DNA of 64,000 nucleotides, taken from IMG/VR virus record IMGVR_UViG_3300031787_007614, positions 248,001 to 312,000 of that record. One strand, written 5' to 3'. The position numbers and the translations under genes were made by a program. Position 1 is the first letter of the stretch, and every line of letters begins with the position of its first letter. This document shows, piece after piece, positions 45,436-57,400 of the stretch. The notes below the pieces were generated by a model. The model was not told the DNA's origin. It did not search any database and saw nothing but the letters and a program-made list of their open reading frames with translations.

Positions 45436-48400
45436 TGGCACGAGTACGCTCAGTAGACTTTCTTCCGCAAATTTTTCAAACTGACACTAACAAACAGTTT
45501 TTAGCGGCCACACTTGATCAACTGATTCAAGAACCTAAATTTAAAAAGACACAAGGCTTCATTGGCCGTACAGTCGGCCCGGGTGTAAATCCCAACGACA
45601 AGTATGTGGTAGAACCAACAAAAACACGCAGTGATTATCAACTAGAACCAGGAGTGGTCAGTTTAGATCCTGCTGATACCACAACAATTAAAAATACCAT
45701 TACCTATCCAGGTATGCTTGATGCATTGGAGTTCCAAGGATCACCAACGCAACGACCAGACAGATTGTTTTCAAGTGATTACTATACTTGGGATCCGTTT
45801 ATTAATTTTGATACATTTGTAAACTTCTCTCAGTATTTCTGGTTACCCAATGGACCCAACGCAGTTGACGTTGCGGCCACAGGAGTGCCGGTAACAGACG
45901 ACTTTGAAGTCACAAGAGCCAATGGCGTTTATACATTTTCTGGAATATCCGGCGAGAATCCAACTATTGAAGTGGTGCGTGGCGGCAGCTATACATTCCA
46001 GGTTGCACAAAACTCTACAGAAACTGTAAACTACCGTGTTGGAAATTCTGGTATTTCTGCATATACCATTGACTTCCTCAACAACCCCACACTAACGCTG
46101 GCTCGTGGAAACACCTATGTGTTTAATTTGAACTTGCAAGGCGATTTTCCGTTCTGGATCAAAACTGAACAGACACTAGGATCAGCTAATCCTTATAACG
46201 ATGGTGTCAGTCGCAATGGATCAAACTTTGGCCTTGTGACATTTACTGTGCCAAGAAATGCACCAAACACATTGTACTATGTGAGTGGCACACAAACTAA
46301 CATGCGCGGTACGCTGAACATTGTGGATGGAACACCTGGCACTGGTCCAGGATTTTGGATACAAACAGAGCCAGGTGTGTCTGGCAAAATTCCTACCACA
46401 CCCAACATCAGTTCACGTGACGTGTTTGGTGTAACCAACAATGGTGAAGACCTTGGCACAGTGATTTTCAATGTGCCTACAAAAACAGCTCAGAGTTTTT
46501 ATTACAATTTGCCAGTGTTCAGTCAAAATGTTGATTTGCTCACAGAACTCAAATTTGAACAAATCAACAATCAACCTCTAGACACGTTCATTGAGACCTA
46601 CGGCGGCATTGACGGAATAACCAGTCTCAACAACAGAACTTTAATTTTTACAAATTCAAACACTGATGCTGAAAGTGGTGGGTGGATTCGAACCAGTTTC
46701 TTTGACCCACTAGAAGCAGGGTCTGCCAATAACGGATTGATTGGCAGCTTTGACACTGAACCATTCTCTTACACAGCAGAAATTGCCCCAGAAGATAGAT
46801 ATCAACTTTGGCAAATCAACTACGTAGTAAGTGATGGAATTACCTATCTTAGATTGTCTAGAATAGCTACTATTGACAATTTGAACAAATGGACCATTAG
46901 ATATGGCACTGTGTACAGCAGTACCAACTGGTACAAAGATGCCGCAGGTACGTTTAGACAAATCCCTCTGCTGACAGCTTTGTTAAACACCTTGTACTAT
47001 CAAGATGGCACAGATCCAGAAATTTTTGGTACAATTAAACTGTTGGATGAAACAGAAAGTTCTACTCTGTTCATTGATGACATTTTGGGACAAAAAAATT
47101 ACACCAGCCCTAACGGTGTATCTTTTACCAACGGATTAAAAATAGTATTTCGGGGCGATGTTATTCCAGCAAGCTACAGTAGTGGAACAATATCTTTTGT
47201 TTGCACATCTACCAACGCTGGGTTCAACACAATTAGCACAGCAACCACAGAAGATTTGTATGTTGGTCAACGGGTAGTATTTACTGGCACAGTGATTGGA
47301 GGATTAGTTGCTGGACAATCGTATTACGTTCAGAGTATTGTAAACTCGTTTCAATTTACGGTATCAAGTGTAGTTGACGGCAGTGCTGTGACTCTAACCA
47401 CAGCCACAGCCGACATGAATGCCACCGCTATCAACTATCGTGAATATTATGTGGCTGGCGTAGGTACTGCTATTGAGTTGTTGCCTGTTACAAATTTTGT
47501 CACTCCAGAATCTTATGTAATCAATGACAATGATTCTAGCTTGCCAGTGCCTGAAGAATTGGATTATTTCACAATTGATCGTGCAAGTCAAGACCTTAAT
47601 TCTTGGACACGTTCAAACCGTTGGTTCCACATTGATGTGATCAATGCTACGGCTGCTTATAACAACACTGTGGCCACACTAGACAACAACTATCGTGGCA
47701 AACGTCCAATTATTCAATTTCAACCAGACATTAGACTGTTTAACATGGGTACTCAGGGCAAACAACCTGTGGACATAATTGATCAGTTAGAGACAGATGC
47801 ATTCTCTAACATTCAAGGATCAACTGGATACTCAGTAGACGGATATACTTTTACAAATGGTACCAGAGTTATTTTTGCTGCTGACGAAGATCCAGATGTA
47901 AGAGACAAAATTTATGTAGTAGAATTTATTGTGCCTGACACAGTGCCGCCACTGATTGCACAACCTATTATCAATCTCACACTGGCGTCTGACGGCGAAG
48001 TATTGACTGACCAGTCTACACTGTGCTTGTCAGGTGACACGTTGCAAGGATTAACTTTCTGGTATGACGGAGCTGCTTGGATTGAGGCGCAACAAAAAAC
48101 TGGAGTTCAACAGGCACCGTTGTTTGACGTGTATGACGCTGATCGAGTTAGTTTTGGTAATCAAGCAAAATATCCCAGCTCAGACTTTATTGGTAGCAAA
48201 CTATTCAGTTATGCAATTGGCGACACAAGAATACTTGATACAGTTTTAAAAATTCCATTACAGTATCTCAGTATCTCCAATGTGGGAGATATTGTGTTTG
48301 ACAACAACCTCTACAAAGATACATTTGTATACACCAGAGATAACGTATCAGTAACTGTTGCTATTAGCTCTGGCAGTGCTAGAGAATATGCTGACAGAAC

Positions 48401-51400
48401 AGCATACACAAGATTAATTGGGTGGCAGAATGCAATTACTACTACCCAAATGTATCAACAATTTAAGTTTACTTACAATACTGGAATATTAAAATTGGAT
48501 GTGCCAGTTATTAACCAAACTGGTAATTCTGTACCAGTGGTCAAAGTTTATGTTGGTAGTGTATTCCAAGATCCTACCAAATACACTTACGTTGTAAGTG
48601 GCAACAATACTACCATTACATTACTCAACACTTATGTAGTGGGTGACATTATTGAAGTTTTGGTTTTAAGCGATCAAATTAGCGCCGCGGCCTTTTATCA
48701 AGTGCCATCTAACCTGCAGAACAACCCGCTTAATGCCAACAGCACCAGCTTTACACTAGGAACCATACGTCAAAACTACGAAAGTATTTGCGAAAATTTA
48801 CCAGGCATCCAAGGTGCTATTGCTGGTGCTAACAACACTAGAGACCTTGGCAATATCATTCCTTATGGATTGACTATCCTACAACAAAGTGCTCCAATGA
48901 CTTTGGCTGGATATTTCTTGCGCAGTGAAGAATACAACATCTTCAATGCATTGACCTACAACAGTAGAGAATACACTAAGTTTAAAAGTATCATGCTGGA
49001 AAATGTGACTCAGCAAGAAATCAATTTTCAAACTACTGCTCAAATCTTAGACACTGCTATTGAAGAAATCAATGCTGGTAAAGTAGAAACACAACCATTC
49101 TACTGGTCAGACATGCTGCCATCGGGTGCGGTGTATACTGAAAACACCTACACTGTGAGTTTTATTACGTCTAGTGTGTTTGATACTGTGCAGGTATACA
49201 ATTATACATCTGCAAATTATTTAGGGTTGAACGTATACCTCAATGATCGTTTGCTCACTCGTGATTTAGAATATTCTGTGGCCACAGACGGACCTCGTGT
49301 GACTATTTTGGTCACACTGTCGGTGGGCGATCAAATTGCCATCAGAGAATATACAAGCACTTATGGCAACTTTGTTCCAAACACTCCTACCAAACTTGGT
49401 TTGTACCGTGCTTTTAGACCAAGAATTACAGTTCAACAAACCAGTACAGGCGAACAAACAGTACTGATCGGGCACGATGGATCAGTTACAAAAACATTTG
49501 ATGACATTAGAGATGATGTGTTGTTGGAATTTGAAACTAGAATTTTTAACAATTTAAAATTAGACGGCAATCCTGTTCCTATGGTGGCAGCTGATGTTAT
49601 CCCAGGACAGTTTAGAGACACTGGATTTACCTACAGCGAAGTCAACAATATTTTGTCACAAGATTTTCTTAGCTGGGTGGCCTGGAACAAACTTGACTAC
49701 AACACACAAGACTATCAAGCCAACAATGAGTTTACATGGAACTATAGTGAAGCGCAAAACAAACTCAACAATGATTATTTGTTAGGAGCCTGGCGCGGTA
49801 TCTATCGTTACTTTTACGACACTCAACAACCAGAATACACACCTTGGGAAATGCTGGGACTCAGCATCAAACCAGACTGGTGGGATGACACCTACGGGCC
49901 TGCACCTTACACTGAAGGTAACTTAGTGCTTTGGGACGACATGGAAGCTGGGTATGTCAGAGACCCAGTTGCACCTTATTATCTGCCAAAATATGCAAGA
50001 CCAGGACTGACATCAGTTATTCCCACAGGCGGCGAAGGAGCATTGCTAAGTCCATTTGATTCGGTAGTAGGGACCTGGGATGAAGGACAATTCCGTAAGA
50101 GTTGGAGCATTGGCGACGGTGGCCCAGTTGAAGCTTCATGGTGGAATTCAAGTTCATATCCGTTTGCAGTCATGCGCCTGTTGGCCTTGACACAACCAGC
50201 TAAGTTTTTTGCATTGTTTGCTGATCGTGATTTGTATCGCTACCAAGAAGAATTTGGACAATATCTATATGATGACCGGTACAGACTAGATGCCAATGGT
50301 ATTGAAATATACGGCAATGGTGTGAGCAAAGCCAGTTACATTGACTGGATTGTGGACTACAACAGACAATCAGGAATAGATTCAACTGAAGATTTAACTG
50401 CTGACCTGGCCAATCTTGATGTGCGGTTGTGTTATCGCATGGCCAGCTTCTCAGACAAAAAATACATTAAACTTTACACTGAAAAAAGCAGCCCAGCCAG
50501 CACCAATACCAGCTTTTTGATTCCTGACGAAAGTTACAATTTACTGCTGTACAAAAATCAACCATTTGACCGAGCCAGCTACAGTTCAGTATTGGTTCAA
50601 ACAGTGCCAGGCGGCTATGCAGTATTTGGCTACAGTACCACACAGCCTTATTTTAGCATACTGCAAAGTCAAAGCGGAGGGCAATTGCGCACCATAACTG
50701 TGCTGGACACTAGAATTCAAGTGCCAAAATCTTATACCAATACTGTGGTACAAGTTCCGTATGGATTTATATTTGATACCAAAACAGCAGTAGTTGACTT
50801 TTTGTTGAGTCTGGGCCAATATTTAGAAACTCAAGGTCTTACTTTCACAAACAGAGCCAATGGGTATGAGCTTGACTGGAATCAAATGGCCAATGAATTT
50901 TTGTATTGGGCAGCACAAGGCTGGAGCGATGATGCATTAATTGCATTAAACCCATTGGCATTCCGACTTAGTGTTACTAAGGAACAAGCAGTTGTTGACT
51001 CAATTCAAGCACAAACCAGTGAAAACATTCTACTAGATCAAAATCGTAGAGAGTTGCCTACTCGACAATTGAACATTGTTCGCATTGACAACACATTCAG
51101 TGTTGAGCCTTTAGCTGATCAAACTCTAAGTTTTATCGACATCAAATATACATCTTACGAACACATGATTGTGTTGGACAATGCAAGTGTGTTTGGAGAC
51201 TTGATATACGATCCAGTGACTGGTGCAAGACAAAATCGTTTGAACTTGGTATCCACTACTTCTACCGAATGGAATGGTGCTGTGGACGCACAAGGATTTA
51301 TTCTCAATCAAGACAATGTAGAAGAATGGCAAAATTATAAAATTTACAGCAAAGGTACGATTGTCAAATACAAAGGCACCTATTGGAGCGCCATGGCAAT

Positions 51401-54400
51401 TGTTCAGCCTAGCGAGACATTTGACTATAACGAGTGGGTACAAAGTGATTACTCTCAAATTGAATTGGGAATGTTGCCTAACCTTGCAAACAAAGCCAAT
51501 CAGTTGGCCAACAGTTATGATATTAATGCTGCCAACTTAGAAAGTGATAATGATCTATTGAGCTATGGCCTTATTGGCTTTAGACCTCGGCAGTACATGG
51601 CAGCATTAAATTTAGATGATGTGAGTCAGGTAAACATCTATCGACAGTTCTTGGACTCCAAAGGTACTATCCTAAGTGCAGAATTGTTTAGTCAGGCAGT
51701 GTTAGGAAAAGAAACAGGCGACTATAACATTTATGAAAACTGGGCGGTACAACGTGCAGTATACGGAGCCAACGCCAATCGCAGTTATTTTGAACTGCGA
51801 TTGAATCGTGCGCTGCTAGATGCCAGCCCAAGTTTGGTGCAGGTAATATTGCCTTTGGAATCCAGCAAAGCTGATCAAACTGTTTTGTTGGAAAATGTAT
51901 GGAAAGAAAGTTTTAAACTTACTTCGCCTAACATTCTTCCAACAACAACTGAATTGCCAACAGATACTGCACTTCCATCAGCTGGATATGTAAATCTTGA
52001 CGATGCTGACATTACAGCATTTGACATTGATGATCCTGCTAGCCTCGAAGCCAACATTAATAATATCAACGTAGGTACAAGTATTTGGGTCGCCAAAGTC
52101 AATGACTATGATTGGAACATTTACCGAGCTGAGTCAGTACCAGGTACAATCAGTCATGTATGTGATAATTTGAATAACACCAGCCGTGTGATTTTTACTG
52201 CTGACCACGGACTTGTTGCTGGCAATAGAATTATTATCAGATTTTTTGATACAGAAGTTGATGGTGTATATGATGTGTTGTCTGTTGTTAATTTGAACAC
52301 AATAAACATTGCTTTTAGATTTTTAAGCAATCGAACAGTAGTTAACGGTACTGGCCTAGCGTTTACTTTAAAAACCATGAGAGTAAGTCAAGCCAGCAAT
52401 GTAGACACTCTTCCATATGCCAACAGTTTGCTGTTTGGTGCAAAAGTTTGGGTTGACGACAATGGAGATGGTTTGTGGCAAGTGATTGAAAAACAAAACA
52501 TTTTCAGCGAAGTTACTTCAATTGCACCAGAGTATCTAGATGCCACAGAGGCATATGGATCAAGCGTATCTCAGGCCACTAATAGATTTGCTGCTTTAGT
52601 CGGCAGCCCAAGATATGGATTTCCAACGTCTGCAAATCCAAAAGGCGGCGTTTACACTTATGTAAGAAGCACAAGCGATGTTTACCAGCCAGCTAGTCCT
52701 GTATCAAGCGGCGATGCGCTATTGACTTTGGATATAACTGGAGCAAGAGCGTATGGTACTTCAGTAAAATTTGGCAACAAAGACTGGGCAGTTGCAGGAG
52801 CACCATTGAGCTTGGGATCAGCCAGTCAAACCAATAACGGCTATGCCTGTGTAATCTATCGTGACACTGGATCTTATTTGCCAGACACCAACCCATATTT
52901 TAATTGGCAACTGTTGACCACTCCTGGTAGTGTGAGTGCAGACCAAGGAAGATTTGGCTATTCTGTAGCAATGAGTCTTGACGAACGTTGGATGTACGTT
53001 GGTGCACCTGATGTAAACAAAGTGTATGCTTATGGCCGGGTTGACTGGGAAGATCAGTACTTTAGAACTGTAGGCAACGGATCTACAAAAGTATACTTGA
53101 TCAATGATTACATCACTATAAGTGCAGCCACACAATTGCGTGTCACAGTTGATGGTGAGATTCAAACGTTGAACACAGATTACACAGTAAATGCTGCGTT
53201 GAACACAGTGACATTTGTGTCTGCACCTGTAAGTGGATCTGATATTATCATTCGTCGTATTGCATTGCAAGATCTTGATGGCGCTGATTATTTCAGTGTA
53301 ACAGCCACTGGTGGATCGGGATCAGGAGCCTTGTTCACAGTTAGCAGACGTCGCGGAACTGTCACAGTTGGCGTTCAAGATGGCGGTACAGGTTATACTG
53401 TGGGCAATACATTGACTATTCCTGCTACCAGTTTTGGCGGCGGCACAGTGCCAGCCAATGATATTACATTTACGGTGGGCAGTGTAATAAGTGGTGAAAT
53501 TATCACTATTAGCACACCATCGTACACACCGCCAGCATTGGCAACTGTATTCTCATTAAATGAATATTTCTATCAAGTTGCACTGACAGACAGCACAATA
53601 TACAGTTTTCAAATTGAAGTTGATGGAGTGCTTCAACGACCAAACATTGACTACACATTTAACACTTCAACCAAAGATGTTACCTTCTTGAATTCACCAG
53701 CCAGTGGCACCAGTATTTTGGCTCGAGCCAAAGACTATTGGTTGTATGTTGACACACTCACTGCTGGCGGTCTAGCTGCTGGCGCTCAATTTGGCTACAG
53801 CGTGAGTTGTAGTACTGATGGTCGTCAAGTCATGATTGGTGCGCCGTATGCCACTGCTGATGGAGAAACTGAAGCAGGTGTGGTATATGTGTTTGATCGC
53901 AATGTGCAAAAGTTTATCTGGAACAATGATCCAAGCTCGTCAAGTTTCACGGTGCTAGGTACACCAGTTGCGCCGGTGAGTGTGATTGTAAACAATCAGT
54001 TCTTGACCAATCAAAACTCCACCACACAAGATGCAAGCAATACCTTTACGGTCAATGGATCTACTGTGACTGTGAATCTTGCAAGCAATTTACAATCAGG
54101 TGATATTGTTGAAATTGAAACCAATCAGTTTGAACTGTTGCAAATCGTAACACAAGACGCTGTAGCTGAATTTAGCAACTTTGGGCAGAGTGTTGATCTC
54201 TGCAAATACAATTGCAGTCTATACGTTGGCGAACCGCAAAGCAGCATCCAGATTTACAAAGGTGGTGTGGTTGAACGAAGTCTAAATCAAAGCAGAGTGT
54301 ATGGTGTAATTACTGCGCTGAATGCCAGTCCTGCCCTCACAGCTGGCAATACTTTGCGGGTGAACAATATGGATGTGGCGGTACCAACAGCACCCAACAA

Positions 54401-57400
54401 CACTGTGTCTGGTTTGGCCGCAGCCATTAACGCTGCTGTGCCCAATGTAACAGCCACAGTGACCAGTGGCCTGCTCACACTCAGCGTGACAAATTTTGAT
54501 TCTGCGCCTGCTGGAAACAAACTACAAGTGGCCCCAGGCAGCATAGGAGCAGCATTTGACAGTCTTGGATTTAACACATTTGAATGGACACAAACAATTC
54601 AAAGCCCGTACCCTGTAAAATTTGCTGGGTTTGGCTCCAGTATCAGCGTTGATGATACTGCAACCACTTTGGTAGTAGGTGCTCCTCGTGGAACCATGTA
54701 CTTGATCACAATATTTGATGACTATGTAGAGTTGTTTGATGCAGGTGCAACATCATTCTTTACCACTATAGATCAAAGTGGTGCTGTTTACACATATGAT
54801 TTGTTGAACAGTGCCAACAGTAGCATAACCAATCCAAGCAAGTTTATTTTTGGTAATCAGATTGCCATAACTTCAATTGATTATCTGGATCAGTTGGGAG
54901 TTTCGGTTGACTACACATCTGGAGTGCTTTGGATGGGCGCACCTGGTACAGACTTCGGGGACAGTAGCAGTAGCAATTACGGTCAAGCTCATGTGTGGCA
55001 AAATGCCACACGATCACCAGCTTGGGCTCCAATTAGAATTGAACAACCAGTTGTTGATGTGCGTCTGTTAAACAGCGTTTTCTTGTATGACAGAATATCA
55101 TCGGCCACAACAGAATTTTTAGACTTCTTTAATCCATTGCAAGGCAAGATACTTGGTGCTGCTCGTCAGAACATTGATTACATTGGCGCAGTTGACCCTG
55201 GCAGTTACAATGTAGGACCAGTTGGAGTGCGCGGCACCACCTGGGGCGCAGAACATGTGGGAGAAATTTGGTGGGATATCAGTACAGTAAGATTTATTGA
55301 TCCCAACCAAGACGATATTGTTTACGCCAGCCGACGTTGGGGACAAGTGTTTCCTGGCAGCTCAATTGATGTGTATCAGTGGATTGTGAGTTCTGTTCCA
55401 CCTGCTAACTATGCTGGTCCTGGAACACCTTACAGCATATCTAGTTATACTATCAACACTGTGTTAAGTCGAGATGGCAACTTTAACACTCAATACTTTT
55501 TCTGGGTGCGTGGTATCACTGATGTGGCCACACAGAAAAATAAAACTCTTAGTGCAGCAACTATTTCTCAGTATATTGAAAATCCTCGATCAACTGGCAT
55601 TGCATATCTAGCACCAATTAATTCCAGCACAGTTGCATTATACAATTGTGAAACATTAATTGAAGCTGAAGATACCATACTCCACATTGAATTTGATAAA
55701 GAACTAACCAATGCCAATGTTCACGTGGAATATGAACTGATAGCTCAAGGGCGTGCTGATGGCTTCTTGAGTGATAATCTCTATAGAAAACTACAAGATT
55801 CATTCTGCGGAGTTGACACAGCAGGTAATATAGTGCCAGACATTAATCTGGGGCCAGCTGAACGTTACGGAGTACAATTCCGTCCTCGACAGTCAATGTT
55901 TGTTGATAGATTTGCGGCACTAAAAAATTACATTGTTCGAGCCAATACTGTATTAAAACAGTACACAATAAGTGAAAGCCGTAGCTTTGCTTTGTTAAAC
56001 AGTGCTGAACCTGAACTGCCATCTACAACGATAGTTAATGGAGCAACAGTAATTAACTGGAACAAGCGGATACCTAACTTAGAAATTTTAACTTATAATT
56101 TTGAAGCACCTGGCGGCGACGCCATTGGTTACAAATATCTTGTGGTTAGCGACAGTGACAATCGAGGTCTTTGGACAATTTACACTGTAGAAGAAAATCC
56201 AAACACTGGCAATCCAGAATTGGTATTGAGTCGAGTGCAAAATTATCGCACAACAGACTACTGGAGTTACATTGACTGGTATCGTCCAGGATACAATTCC
56301 AGTATCAAACCTGTGGCAGAAGTTCCAACTTATTCTAGCTTGGCAACAATATCTGTGACCACAGGAGCCAGCGTAAAAGTAACTGCAAATGCACAAGGCA
56401 AATTTGAAATTTATCTAAAAACTGATCTTGGATTTGAGCGTGTGGGACTTGAAGATGGAACTATTGCAATTTCTGCAGAAATCTATGATTATGCTCTTGG
56501 AAGATTTGGATTTGACGTTGAAGTGTTTGATGCACAATACTTTGACCAAGAACCTGTAATTGAAACAAGAAAAATTATCCAAGCTATCAATGAAGAATTG
56601 TTTGTGGATGATTTGGCCATTGAACGAAATCGCAGTTTGACTTTGATGTTTGACTTTATACTCAGCGAGTTTGCTGCTCCTGAATGGCTGGTCAAAACAT
56701 CACTGATTGACGTTGATCACAGAATTCGAGAATTGCTGCCATTCCAGAATTACAGCCGTGACAATCAAGAATTTGTGATTGACTACCTTCAAGAAGTAAA
56801 ACCATATCACGTGCAAGTGCGCGAGTTCAATCTCACGTACTTTGGCAACGACTTGTACCAAGGAGATTTAACAGACTTTGACGTTCCAGCGTTTTATAAC
56901 ACCACATTACCTGTACCACAATATACAAGTCCTATCTTGTTGCCGTACGCACACAGCGCGGCTCAAATTAGTAACACACTAAGTGATACTGAATCAACTG
57001 ATCAAATTTGGACAGAGTGGCCTTACAGTCAGTGGTACAACAATTATCTGTTGAGCGTGGAAACAATTGTTGTTACATTCAACGGAACTGGATACACTAC
57101 TGCACCTCAGGTTACCATAGTAGGAGATGCGGTAACGCCCGCAGAAGCCACTGCTTTGATTAATTCAGCAGGACAAGTAGTAGCAATCAACGTAACCAAT
57201 CCTGGCAGCGGATACCAAGCAACTCCCGCCATAGTGTTTTCAGGTGGTAACGGCACAGGCGCTCAAGCCTATGCCAACATGATTAACAGAAACTCAGCTG
57301 ACTTTGATGCACAAGTTTACAACGTTAACCCTGCGGTAAATTTTGATCAATGGGAAATTGATACCAATAGCAACATACCTCTTACCACGGTGAGAGCATT